A DNA stretch of 64,000 bases from Gemmatimonadota bacterium. GTDB taxonomy: Bacteria; Gemmatimonadota; Gemmatimonadetes; Longimicrobiales; Gaopeijiaceae. The translations under genes were made by a program, and so were the position numbers. This document shows, in pieces, positions 28,812 to 38,263 of the stretch; the stretch's first letter is position 1, and every line of letters starts with the position of its first letter. The notes beneath the pieces are model-generated. The model saw nothing but the letters and a program-made list of their open reading frames with translations, was not told where the DNA came from and did not search any database. The stretch covers positions 32,001 through 96,000 of the forward strand of contig JBDHHQ010000005.1 in assembly GCA_039589315.1 (NCBI GenBank), given 5' to 3'.

Positions 28812-29858
28812 GTGCCAGTGCAAGTACAGCGTTACCGGAGCGTCGCGGCCGCGACAGCGGCCCTGTCGGCCATCTTCGGGTGTTCCTGTCGCCCGGCCAG
28901 GGAGGTGCCGGCCGAGGTCGTCTTGGAGGGCGCGCTTCGACCGGTCGAGCTGACGGCCCAACGGGTGGAGACGATGGAAGACACGTTGGGCTTCCACGCT
29001 GCCACGGACCTTGTGCCCGTTCCGGGAGGCTACCTGGTGATCGACGCGGGCAATGACAGGCTCGTGAGGTTGGACCGGAGCCTGGAGCCCGTGGGGGTGA
29101 TCGGTCGAAGTGGATCGGGTCCGGGCGAGCTGGAGGCGCCACTGGTGGGGGACCTGACCCCAGACGGCGTGGCTGTCGTGGAGCTCTCCAACGGACGGGT
29201 GTCGTTCTTCACCTTCGGAGGCGTGTTTCAGCGCGTCGTCGCCCTCCCCGGGCGGTGGGGAGACCTGGCGGTGGGGCCCAAGGGCGATTTGTTCCTCGCG
29301 AGCGCGCCCGCCCACGTATTCCTCACACGGATCGACGCGAACGGGGAGAGCATGCCGTTCGCCAGGAGGATGCATGCGCGCCAGGAGCCCTCCGGGGCAC
29401 CCGAGGGGATCGACCGACGCGACAGGGTGGCCGTAACGGATGCAGGCTCCGTCGCAGTGCTGGACAACACGGAGGGTCATGTGCTGCTGTACGGCAATGA
29501 CGGTTCCCTGGAGAGGGCCGTACGCCTTCCGGATTCGGTGGTGCAACGAATCCGGTCCCGGAACGAATCACTCCGGAGCCGGCTCGCCAGGCAGGGTCGC
29601 CGGGTCGTCGGCGCCCACATCGCAAAGACCTTGAAGCGCCAGCCAGACGGACGGCTTCTCGTCCTCTTCACGGCCTCGCCCCATTTCGGCATCCTTCTCG
29701 AGCCTGCTTCCCTCCGCGGCCGTCTCCTTTCGGTACCCGAACAGTCGGGCCCCTGGGAGCCGCTTCTCAATGCGGCTGCGGCGGTGGTCGAGGGTGACGA
29801 GATCACTGTCCTGCACACGTACGGGGTCAGCCGCTACAGACTCGGCGACGGATCGTGA
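28812..29858 (+). CDS. NHL/6-bladed beta-propeller lipoprotein
   Basis: Lipobox-like IFG-C; YLVIDAGNDRLVRLD, IGRSGSGPGEL, LAVGPKGDLFL, VLLYGNDGSLER. The start is uncertain. Confidence 0.7.
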   Translation: MPVQVQRYRSVAAATAALSAIFGCSCRPAREVPAEVVLEGALRPVELTAQRVETMEDTLGFHAATDLVPVPGGYLVIDAGNDRLVRLDRSLEPVGVIGRSGSGPGELEAPLVGDLTPDGVAVVELSNGRVSFFTFGGVFQRVVALPGRWGDLAVGPKGDLFLASAPAHVFLTRIDANGESMPFARRMHARQEPSGAPEGIDRRDRVAVTDAGSVAVLDNTEGHVLLYGNDGSLERAVRLPDSVVQRIRSRNESLRSRLARQGRRVVGAHIAKTLKRQPDGRLLVLFTASPHFGILLEPASLRGRLLSVPEQSGPWEPLLNAAAAVVEGDEITVLHTYGVSRYRLGDGS

Positions 29859-30520
29859 TCCGGGTCGTTCGGTCGCTTCTGTCGGTGGCCGTGCCGACCG
29901 TCGTGGCGCTCGCGCTGGCGCTAGCCTCGGCAAGTGTCACCCGCTCTCCCGGGCCCAGGCTCGTCACCGTCGCCGATCATGTTCCTGCGGCGCTCGAAGG
30001 CGCCGGCGTCTCAATCGGTCCAGGCAGGGGGACGCTCACCGTGCGCGTGGTCGGCGACTACGAGTGCTCGGCTTGCGAGGCTCTGGACAGACGGGTGGGT
30101 CGCAGATTGCGAGCCCTGGCCGCCCAGGGCCGCATCCGGTACCAGCTGGTGCAGGCGCCTCTCCGGCCGCATCGGCGAGCCCCGAAGGCCGCCGCCGCAC
30201 TCTTCTGCGCCGATCGTCAGGGGGATCCCTGGCGAATGCACACCCTTCTGGTCGAGGGACGGGCCGAGTGGGGGTGGGGAGAGGACCCGCACGAGGCGTT
30301 CCGGCGCTACGCCCGGCGGCTCGACCTGGCGGTGGACGAGTTCCAGAAGTGCCTTGCGTCGCCGTACGCGAGCCTGCGATTGGAGGCGGACCGGTCGGCC
30401 GCGGCCGGCATCGGCGTAGCCGGCGTGCCGGTGATCCTCGTAGGCGCGACCCTGGTCACGCCGACCAGGTCCTTTACGGAGGTCCTGGACGTGGTCGAGG
30501 CCCGGCTGGCGGACCGGTAG
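29855..30520 (+). CDS. DsbA/BdbD-family thioredoxin-fold protein
   Basis: N-terminal signal/anchor, GDYECSAC active site, second Cys pair (LFCADRQG, FQKCL), GVAGVP cis-Pro loop. GTGA overlap with the upstream gene. Confidence 0.85.
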   Translation: MIRVVRSLLSVAVPTVVALALALASASVTRSPGPRLVTVADHVPAALEGAGVSIGPGRGTLTVRVVGDYECSACEALDRRVGRRLRALAAQGRIRYQLVQAPLRPHRRAPKAAAALFCADRQGDPWRMHTLLVEGRAEWGWGEDPHEAFRRYARRLDLAVDEFQKCLASPYASLRLEADRSAAAGIGVAGVPVILVGATLVTPTRSFTEVLDVVEARLADR

Positions 30521-30677
30521 GCCACCCTGGCGCCCCCTCGTACGAGCGCAGATCAGATCGGTCCCGATGGACCATTCGGTAGCCCGCCCCGAGTCGCGAG
30601 GTTCTCCTGTATCGGGGCAGATTCCACTGTCTCCGATGCAACTGCAGATGGGGCACAGAAGCCCCGATGGAGGATCG

Positions 30678-30974
30678 ATGAGCATGGGAGAGCAGGTAGT
30701 GCGAGCCATGGCGGCGGTCCCCGGTGGACGACGCTACCCGCTGGTGGCGGCGATGTTGGTAGCGGCGGCGTCCGCCGGGTGGGCCTTCTTCTGCCCACAG
30801 CAGCTGACGGCGGGGAGCACCAGCCTCGTCCTCGTGGCGGAGGAGCTCCTGATGGATGACGAGTCGGGCGACGGCGCAGTCGTGGGGATCTACAGATCGT
30901 CCAGCGGTGGGACCCTGACCATCGCGTGTCCCAGCGAGCACGCCGACTACGACCGGACGGGCGCATCGGCTTGA
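30678..30974 (+). CDS. Small secreted two-cysteine protein B (98 aa), paralog of 28473-28748
   Basis: GGAGGA RBS before ATG 30678; RR plus hydrophobic signal ending AGWAFF-C; shares VGxYRxSxGxTxxxxC with protein A. Confidence 0.65.
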   Translation: MSMGEQVVRAMAAVPGGRRYPLVAAMLVAAASAGWAFFCPQQLTAGSTSLVLVAEELLMDDESGDGAVVGIYRSSSGGTLTIACPSEHADYDRTGASA

Positions 30975-30975
30975 G

Positions 30976-31845
30976 TCAAGGGGGGGGTGGAGGGCCTTCC
31001 TCCGGGATCTCGATGCCGACGCCTGTCGGGGTCCGTACGAGCCGGGGGAGGATCGCCGGGATCGGGCGCCCCGCAAAGGAGGCCATGAGGGCGTCCACGG
31101 ACTCGAAGCCACTGAGCGTCCCAAGCGTCTTGATGGTCGGAAAGACCATGGGAAGGTCGCCCTCGGCATGCAACTCGAGGGCGATCTCGGGCGGGAGCCA
31201 ACGGGCTTCGGTGATCTCGGAGCCGTCTGGGCGAGCTTCCTCCCCCGCGGGGACCAGAACGGCGAAGAACCGGGTGTCATACCGGCGTGGCTCCGCCCGG
31301 GGCGTGATCCAGTGTGCGATGTACTCGATTGCTCCGCCGCTCAGGGTGACGTCCAGAGTGGCGAGAATCTCTCCGAACGTCCGCTCGCCTCGGTGCAGCT
31401 GGATCTGGGCGGCTCGGGTATCGGGAGAGGCGGCCGCGCTGGCCGCCGGCTCACCGGCCGAGTCCGAGGCAACGAGGATCCCCGTCTCCTCGAAGGCCTC
31501 GCGGATCGCCGCTACGTAGTAGGCGATGGCCGAGGGAGCCTCATCGTAGAGGCGCAGTCGGCCGGCGGCCTGCTCGACGGACAGCCCCTGCACGTGCGCG
31601 AGGACCTCGGGGGCCGCGTCGTCCGTCTCGACACGCCCGCCCGGGAACACGTACGCGCCCGGCACGAAGCCCACGGTCCGGTTGCGGCGCAGCAACAGCA
31701 CCTCGGGCCCGCGATCCGACGGTCGCAGCAGCACCACGGTCGCAGCCGGGCGGGGCGCGACGGGGGAGTCGGGCGGGCGGTCCACGTTTTCGGCGAACCC
31801 CTCGGGAAGGGAGTCAGCCGGGATCTGGAAATCTGGCTCGGTCAT
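30976..31845 (-). CDS. NUDIX hydrolase (Nudt19-like acyl-CoA diphosphatase family)
   Basis: PRPAATVVLLR, YVFPGGRVE, AAIREAFEETG, HWITP..RRYDTRFF. Confidence 0.88.
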   Translation of the reverse strand: MTEPDFQIPADSLPEGFAENVDRPPDSPVAPRPAATVVLLRPSDRGPEVLLLRRNRTVGFVPGAYVFPGGRVETDDAAPEVLAHVQGLSVEQAAGRLRLYDEAPSAIAYYVAAIREAFEETGILVASDSAGEPAASAAASPDTRAAQIQLHRGERTFGEILATLDVTLSGGAIEYIAHWITPRAEPRRYDTRFFAVLVPAGEEARPDGSEITEARWLPPEIALELHAEGDLPMVFPTIKTLGTLSGFESVDALMASFAGRPIPAILPRLVRTPTGVGIEIPEEGPPPPP

Positions 31846-31890
31846 GCCCCGAATCGCCCTTTCTTCTGAGGCTCTTCTGCAGCCCCACAC

Positions 31891-33477
31891 CTAGAACCCG
31901 CCCGCACACCCGTCCCGGCGAGGGTCGGACGCCGCCGACCAGCCACGCTCGAGGCGCATGACGGCCTGGGCTCCACCGAAGACGACGTCGTCGTCGGATA
32001 CGATCTGGTGGCCGAGGCGGGTCAACTCATCCCGCACGGAGCCGCCGATTCCCGGCTCCAACGCCACCCGCTTCTCGTCGAGGTGCCGGAACCGGGGAGC
32101 GTCCACCGCCTGCTGCAGGTCGAGGTGGAAGAGGAGAAGATTGAGCAGCAGTTGGACCTGACCCTGGGGTTGCATGGACCGACCCACCACACCGAACGCC
32201 AAGGTCGGGTCGCCGCTTCGGCTCAGCATGGCCGGGATGATGGTATGGAGGGGTTTCTTGCCCGGCGCGACCCGGTTCGGATGGTCCTCATCCAGCACGA
32301 ACGCGCCTCCGCGGTTGTGAAGGGCGAACCCGGTGCCCGGGACCACCACGCCCGAGCCGAACCGCCAGTAGATCGAGTTGATGAAGGAGACCATGTTGCC
32401 CTGTGAATCGGCCACGGCAAGGTAGACGGTGTCGTTGCTGGCGCTATAGATCCCGGGTAGAGGGCCTGCCGCGGCGTGGCTCGGATCGATGAGAGATCGC
32501 CGGTGCGCCAGCGCCGCGTCAGAAAGCAGAGCGTCGACCGAGACACGCATGTGGTCTTGGTCGGCCACGTGGCCGTCCAGGTCGGCAAAGGCCAACTTCT
32601 TGGCCTCGATGAGGTGGTGGAGGTACTGAGCCGAGTTCCACCCCATCTCGGTCAGGGGCAGGGGCTCCAACAGCCGCAGCATCTGGAGGGCGGCGACGCC
32701 CTGGCCGGCCGGTGGCAGCTCCCAGACCGTGTGCCCCGCGAATTCGGTGCCGATGGGCTCGACCCAGCTGGCTTCGTGCCCCGCCAGGTCCTCTCGGCTC
32801 AGGACCCCACCGAGTGGCTTCAGCGACTCGACCATGCGGCTGCCCAACCGACCTCCGTAGAGGGAGCCCGCACCCTCGGCCGCGATCTCTCTCATCGAGC
32901 GTCCCAGGTCCGGGTTGGCGAACCACTCACCCGCCCGCGGCGCCCGATGTCCGTCCAGCAGGAACGTGTCGCGGGCTCCTTGGTCCTGGGCCAACGACAA
33001 CACCTGATCGGACCATCCGTCGGCCACGATGGGCGAGACCGGAAACCCCCCCTCGGCCAGACGAATCGCGGGCTCGAGGGCCTGGGCCAGGGAGAGCGTG
33101 CCGAAGCGGGAGAGCAGCGCCTCCCAACCGGAGACGGCACCGGGTACGGAAATGGTGGCCGGCCCCCGCTCGGGCATCCTGCCCCCTCCCGCGGTCGTGA
33201 GCGCATCCGGGGTGGCCAGGCTGCCGGAACGCCCGCTGGCGTCCAGCGCGACAAGGGAGCCCTCCCGTGCCCACCAGACCTGGGCGAAGGCGTCACCGCC
33301 CATCCCAGTCATGTGGGGCTCGACGACGCCCAGGACCGCGGCGGCCACCACGGCTGCATCCACCGCGTTCCCCCCGGCGCGAAGCGTGGTCAGCGCTTCG
33401 CCCGTCGCCAGCGGATGACTCGTAGCGGCGGCGGCCTTGGGTGCGTACACGGTGGAGCGGGTGGAGCGTCCTTGCAT
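31891..33477 (-). CDS. ggt: Gamma-glutamyltransferase family protein (YwrD-like, no signal peptide)
   Basis: GGNAVDAA, GMGGDAF, autoprocessing Thr in NDTVYLAVAD, FGSGVV, NRG, PLHTII, SDPRRDG. Confidence 0.9.
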   Translation of the reverse strand: MQGRSTRSTVYAPKAAAATSHPLATGEALTTLRAGGNAVDAAVVAAAVLGVVEPHMTGMGGDAFAQVWWAREGSLVALDASGRSGSLATPDALTTAGGGRMPERGPATISVPGAVSGWEALLSRFGTLSLAQALEPAIRLAEGGFPVSPIVADGWSDQVLSLAQDQGARDTFLLDGHRAPRAGEWFANPDLGRSMREIAAEGAGSLYGGRLGSRMVESLKPLGGVLSREDLAGHEASWVEPIGTEFAGHTVWELPPAGQGVAALQMLRLLEPLPLTEMGWNSAQYLHHLIEAKKLAFADLDGHVADQDHMRVSVDALLSDAALAHRRSLIDPSHAAAGPLPGIYSASNDTVYLAVADSQGNMVSFINSIYWRFGSGVVVPGTGFALHNRGGAFVLDEDHPNRVAPGKKPLHTIIPAMLSRSGDPTLAFGVVGRSMQPQGQVQLLLNLLLFHLDLQQAVDAPRFRHLDEKRVALEPGIGGSVRDELTRLGHQIVSDDDVVFGGAQAVMRLERGWSAASDPRRDGCAGGF

Positions 33478-33497
33478 GGTGCGCGTCGGGGTCCGAG

Positions 33498-34127
33498 TCA
33501 GGCCGTTTCACCGGGATCGAGCAAGGCCGCCCGGCCGGGAAACAGCTCTACGACGCGTTCGGCGTCCTCCCTGCGGCCCACGGCGCCACCCCAGTGCACC
33601 GGGACCACCACCGACGCACCGCACGCCACGCCAGCCCGGGCGCTGTCCTCCGGGCCCATCGTGTAATGCCCTTCGCAGGGCAGAAAGGCCACGTCGCACC
33701 GGATCTCGTACATGGAATCCAGAAAGTCCGTGTCGCCGGCGTGATAGTAGGTGACGTTGCCCACGGTGAAGACGTAGCCGAGCCACCCCTGGGCCGGTGG
33801 ATGGAACTTCTTCGTGACGTTGTACGCGGGCACCGCCAGAACGTCGATCCTGTCGAGCTGAAGAAGATCTCCCGGACGCAGGAAGTGATCTCCATCCTCG
33901 AGCTGCTTCTTCATCGAGGCCGGGGCGATCACCACCGTTTCGGGTCCCCTCACCCGTGCGATGTCGGCCTCGGAGAAATTGTCATAATGGGGGTGCGTCA
34001 GCAGGATGTAATCCGCCTGCGAGTCCTGGTCCACGCGCCATGGGTCGACGTGCATCTCGACACCGGCGCGGCGGATTCGGATTGATGACTGTTGGAAGAA
34101 CGTGACCCCGTCCAGCGGTCCCGGCAT
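33498..34127 (-). CDS. MBL-fold metallo-hydrolase (UlaG/UPF0173-like)
   Basis: VDPW, LLTHPHYDN, VPAYN, YHAGDT, YTMG, VPVHWG. Confidence 0.85.
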   Translation of the reverse strand: MPGPLDGVTFFQQSSIRIRRAGVEMHVDPWRVDQDSQADYILLTHPHYDNFSEADIARVRGPETVVIAPASMKKQLEDGDHFLRPGDLLQLDRIDVLAVPAYNVTKKFHPPAQGWLGYVFTVGNVTYYHAGDTDFLDSMYEIRCDVAFLPCEGHYTMGPEDSARAGVACGASVVVPVHWGGAVGRREDAERVVELFPGRAALLDPGETA

Positions 34128-34395
34128 GCGACCTCCCTGGCCAGGCGATGGCGGTGAGCGCGCCTGAAGCTAAGCCGGGGTGGGTTACGGTAAAAGGTCG
34201 CGGTTAGTCACGTTCGATCGGCGGGGTCACGCCAATTCGGCAGTGAGCCCTGCAAGTCAGGCACGAAAACCGGGATGAATTGTTGGCCTGCTTCGTGCAC
34301 GACCCTGGCAGGAGCCGTATTGTACTGAACTTCGACGCGAATCAGTCCTGGCGCCCCGAGCCGCCCCCCCGGGGTGCCGAGACGAGCGAGGGATA

Positions 34396-36996
34396 ATGGC
34401 CGAGCGATTCTCACTTCCGGTACTTCCTCTTCGGGACACCGTGGTCTACCCTGGTGTCGCCGTGCCCATTTCCGCCGGGCGGCCTGGGACGGTAGCCGCG
34501 GTGCAGGAGGCTTTGGACGGCGACCGCCGACTCTTCGCCGTGGCTCAACGCGAGAACGTCGACGACCCGGAGCCGGAGGTTCTGTACAATGTGGGCACCG
34601 TCGTCCGCATCATTCAGACTCACCGGGTGCGGGGTGGCGTCCAGCTGCTCGTGCAGGGTGAGGATCGCGCCCAGTCGCTGCACTACGAGCCGGACACCGC
34701 GGGAATGCTCTCCGCGGACCTGCTTCCCATGGACCGACAGTCGCCTCGGAATCCTGAGTCGCCGGCCTTCCAGGCCCTGGATCACGAGCTACGGGATCGA
34801 GCCGCCGAGCTGGGCACTCGCAGGGGCGTACCGGCCGAGGCGCTGAACCAGCTCATCCAGGGGGTGGACGAGCCTGGGGCGTTCGCCGATCTGGTGGCGT
34901 TCTACCTCGAGCTGCCCACGGAGGACAAACAGCGCCTGCTCGAGGTGCTGGACGACGAGGAGCGCATGCGCATGGCGCTGGTGGCCGTCGAGCGGGAGCT
35001 GGCGAGGCTCGACGCGCAGGAGGAGATCCAGGCCCGAGTCCAGGAGGAGTTGGGCGAGCGGCAGCGCGAGATGCTCCTGCGTGAGCAGATGCGCCAGATC
35101 CAGAAGGAGCTGGGCGACGAGGACGAGAGGAACGACGTCGAGGAGCTTCGCACCAGGGTCGCGGAGCTGGAGCTGACGGATGATCAGCGGACGGACGTGG
35201 AGCGGGAGCTCAAGCGGCTCGAGCGTACCAGCCCTCAATCTGCCGAATACCAGGTGATCCGCACGTTCCTGGAATGGGTCACCGAGCTCCCGTGGTCCGA
35301 GCGCACGGAAGACAAGATCGACATGGCCGTCGCGGAGGAGATCCTCCACGAGGACCACTACGGTCTGGATGACGTGAAGGACCGCATCCTGGAGTTCCTG
35401 GCCGTGCGCAAGCTCCAGATGGAGCGGTCCGCCGAAGCCGCCGCGGCGGACGAAGAAGAGACCGAGGCAGATGCCGGGCCGAGGCTGGAGGGCAACGGCA
35501 CCCCGAAGGGGTCCAACGGCGTGAACGACGAGGGATTCCCAGTCGAGGGGGCGTCCCCGGCCGCGGGCGCGGACGACGGGGATTCGGATGCCGACGACGA
35601 CGGCATGGACGCCGCGGCCGCTTCGGGCCGGGGTCCGATCCTTCTGTTCGTGGGCCCCCCGGGGGTGGGCAAGACCAGCATAGCCAGGTCCATCGCCCGG
35701 TCCCTTGGCCGGAAGTACGTCCGTATCTCCCTCGGCGGCGCACGAGACGAGGCCGACATTCGCGGTCACCGGCGCACCTACGTGGGGGCGATGCCGGGAC
35801 GGATCATCCAGGGGATGCGGCAGGTGAAGAGCAAGAACCCGGTCTTCCTCCTGGACGAGGTGGACAAGCTGGGGATCTCCTTCCAGGGAGACCCGAGCTC
35901 GGCGCTGCTCGAGGTCCTCGATCCGGCCCAGAACGCCACCTTCACCGATCACTATCTCGGGATTCCGTTCGACCTTTCCGAGGTGCTGTTCATAGCTACC
36001 GCCAACTACAGCGATCGAATCCCGGCGCCACTGCTGGACCGGATGGAGAGGGTGGACTTCACGGGCTACACCGAGGAGGAGAAGCTCGAGATCGCCAAGC
36101 GGTACCTGCTGCCCCGTCAGCTGAGGGAGGCGGGTCTCAAGGTGGACGAGCTCGAGCTGGATGACGACGGCGTCCTCTCGGTGATTCAGAAGTACACGCG
36201 GGAGGCGGGCGTTCGGCAGCTCGAGCGCGAGCTCGGCAAGCTGGCCCGCAAGGTAGCGCGGCGGATCGCCGCCGGTGAGCTCGGCGAGGGCCCGGCCAGC
36301 GCGGAAACCGTGAGAGAGCTGCTGGGGCGTCCCCGGGTGCACCCGGAGCGGATGGCCGCCGAGGACATCGTCGGCGTGGCGACCGGCATGTTCTACACGC
36401 CCATGGGTGGCGACATCATGTTCGTGGAGGCCAGCGTCATGCCCGGAGACGGTAAGTTCGTGCTGACCGGCCAACTGGGCGACGTCATGAAGGAGTCGGG
36501 CCGCGCGGCGCTGAGCTACGCCAAGGCCAACTCCGAATCCCTGAGCATCGGCGAGGACGCCTTGGCGGGTAAGGAAGTCCACATCCACGTGCCTGCGGGC
36601 GCGGTTCCCAAGGACGGGCCATCTGCAGGCATCACCATGGCCACCGCGCTCATCTCCGCGTTGTCCGGGCGGACGGTCCGCGCCGATGTTGCCATGACCG
36701 GCGAGCTGACCCTCACGGGTCGGGTTCTCCCCATCGGGGGGGTCAAGGAAAAGCTGCTCGGGGCGCACCGAGCCGGGATCCGGGAGGTCATCGTGCCCAT
36801 GGAGAACGAGGCCGATCTCGAGGACCTGCCGGAATCGGTTCGGACGGAGCTGACCGTCCACTGCGTCGAGGACCTCGACGCAGTGATGGACGTCGCGCTA
36901 CGGCGGGGGGGGAACAAGAAGCCCCGGAAGAAGACCCCCGCGCGGCGGCGCAAGACGGCCGAGGCGGAGGCCGGGCCGGAGGCGGCAGCGTCCTGA
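34396..36996 (+). CDS. lon: ATP-dependent protease La
   Basis: LPVLPLRD N-domain, GPPGVGKTS, GHRRTYVGAMPG, LLDEVDK, PKDGPSAG (catalytic Ser), IGGVKEK (catalytic Lys). Confidence 0.97.
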   Translation: MAERFSLPVLPLRDTVVYPGVAVPISAGRPGTVAAVQEALDGDRRLFAVAQRENVDDPEPEVLYNVGTVVRIIQTHRVRGGVQLLVQGEDRAQSLHYEPDTAGMLSADLLPMDRQSPRNPESPAFQALDHELRDRAAELGTRRGVPAEALNQLIQGVDEPGAFADLVAFYLELPTEDKQRLLEVLDDEERMRMALVAVERELARLDAQEEIQARVQEELGERQREMLLREQMRQIQKELGDEDERNDVEELRTRVAELELTDDQRTDVERELKRLERTSPQSAEYQVIRTFLEWVTELPWSERTEDKIDMAVAEEILHEDHYGLDDVKDRILEFLAVRKLQMERSAEAAAADEEETEADAGPRLEGNGTPKGSNGVNDEGFPVEGASPAAGADDGDSDADDDGMDAAAASGRGPILLFVGPPGVGKTSIARSIARSLGRKYVRISLGGARDEADIRGHRRTYVGAMPGRIIQGMRQVKSKNPVFLLDEVDKLGISFQGDPSSALLEVLDPAQNATFTDHYLGIPFDLSEVLFIATANYSDRIPAPLLDRMERVDFTGYTEEEKLEIAKRYLLPRQLREAGLKVDELELDDDGVLSVIQKYTREAGVRQLERELGKLARKVARRIAAGELGEGPASAETVRELLGRPRVHPERMAAEDIVGVATGMFYTPMGGDIMFVEASVMPGDGKFVLTGQLGDVMKESGRAALSYAKANSESLSIGEDALAGKEVHIHVPAGAVPKDGPSAGITMATALISALSGRTVRADVAMTGELTLTGRVLPIGGVKEKLLGAHRAGIREVIVPMENEADLEDLPESVRTELTVHCVEDLDAVMDVALRRGGNKKPRKKTPARRRKTAEAEAGPEAAAS

Positions 36997-37026
36997 CGGC
37001 TGACGGGCCTGGAGGGGTGTGAACAC

Positions 37027-37058
37027 ATCGGGGTCGGCCGGAGACGGTCGGCCCCGAT
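37027..37058. terminator. Stem-loop between convergent lon and selD
   Basis: ATCGGGGTCGGCCG-GAGA-CGGTCGGCCCCGAT, a 14-bp stem with a GNRA tetraloop; no U-tract. Confidence 0.5.
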
Positions 37059-37089
37059 CGAGTATTCGGCCGGTAGCGGACCGAAGCCG

Positions 37090-38148
37090 CTACCCGACTA
37101 CGATGCTGCCCGTCCGTCCGTCCACCACCTCTCCGATCACGGCCGCCACCGGGCTGCGCCCCTCCAGCTCGGCAAGGAGGACATCCGTGCGGTCGGCGGG
37201 GACAGCGATGAGGAGTCCACCCGAGGTCTGGGCGTCGGCCAACAGCGTCCGGGTGTCGGGGTCCAGGGCTCCGAAGTCCACATCCTCCGCCAGATCCACC
37301 AGGTTGCGCTTCGTCCCACCCGGCACGTGCCCTTCCGCTACGAGCTCCCGGACCCCGTCGAGGACGGGCACGGAACCAGCGTCGATCCTCGCAGCCGCGC
37401 CGGACGAGCGGAGCACGTTGCGCAGGTGGCCGAGCAAACCGTAACCGGTGACGTCGGTAGCGGCGGAGACACCGACATTCTGCATCGCCTCCGCAGCGCC
37501 GCGGTTCAGGGCCGACATGACCTTTATGGACTTGTCCACGAGCTCGGGATCCGCGGCGCCGTTCTTGATGGCGGTGGAAACGACGCCGGCGCACAGCGGT
37601 TTCGTGAGAACGAGGCAGTCGCCGGGCCGGGCGCCCCGGTTGGTGACCAGCGCCTCGGGGTCCACTTCGCCTATGGCAACCATCCCGAACTTGGGCTCCG
37701 GATCGTCGATGGAGTGCCCGCCCAGGATGGGGATGCCGGCTTCACGGGCCTTCTCCGACCCACCCCGGATGATCTCGCTGAGCAGGTCCCGATCCAGGTA
37801 CTTTCTGGGGAAGCCGACCAGGTTCAATGCGAACAGAGGCCGAGCGCCCATGGCGTAGAGGTCCGACAGGGCATTGGCCGCACCGATGCGGCCGAACGCG
37901 GCCGGATCGTCGACGATCGGCGTGAAGAAGTCGACCGTCACGACCAGCGCTCGGCTCTCGTCCAACAGATAGACGGCTGCGTCGTCCCCCATGGATGCGT
38001 CCACGAGGGCTGCCGGGTCCTCGACCGGAAGAAGGTGACGCAGCACGTGCGCCAGCTCGGACATCCCGAGCTTACACGCTCACCCGGCGCCGTGGCTCAA
38101 CTGCGTCAGCCGAATCGCGGGACGCTGGTCTCTTGGCTCGTGACTCAT
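37090..38148 (-). CDS. selD: Selenide, water dikinase containing selenocysteine (UGA at codon 23)
   Basis: MSHEPRDQRPAIRLTQLSHGAG-U-ACKLG is in frame with the ORF at 37090-38064; DDAAVY, TVDFFTPIVDDP, NALSDLYAMG, GGHSIDD, TDVTGYGLLGH, DAQTSGGLL. Confidence 0.93.
38054..38072 (-). promoter_or_regulatory. Putative bacterial SECIS hairpin
   Basis: AGCTCGG-GATGT-CCGAGCT begins 7 nt after the UGA (38080-38082, minus strand); the loop starts with G. Confidence 0.65.
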
Positions 38149-38263
38149 CTCTGGACAGTGGAAGGAACGGACGGTCGGACCGGGGGTCCGATCTACCCCT
38201 CCGGCGCCGTGGCAGCCGGACGTGAGAACCTAGCATCCACCGGACGCGGCAAACAGCGGAGAC

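Noticed and set aside
34128..34395. Heat-shock operator (CIRCE) or sigma54 site upstream of lon
   Set aside because: No TTAGCACTC-N9-GAGTGCTAA, and the GGCAC-like sites lack the GC at the required spacing.
35416..35631. Lon insertion as an intein
   Set aside because: Too short and low-complexity, with no Cys/Ser start or His-Asn end.
37090..38148. selD as a pseudogene
   Set aside because: The only stop is a UGA exactly at the catalytic Cys/Sec position, followed by a SECIS-like hairpin.
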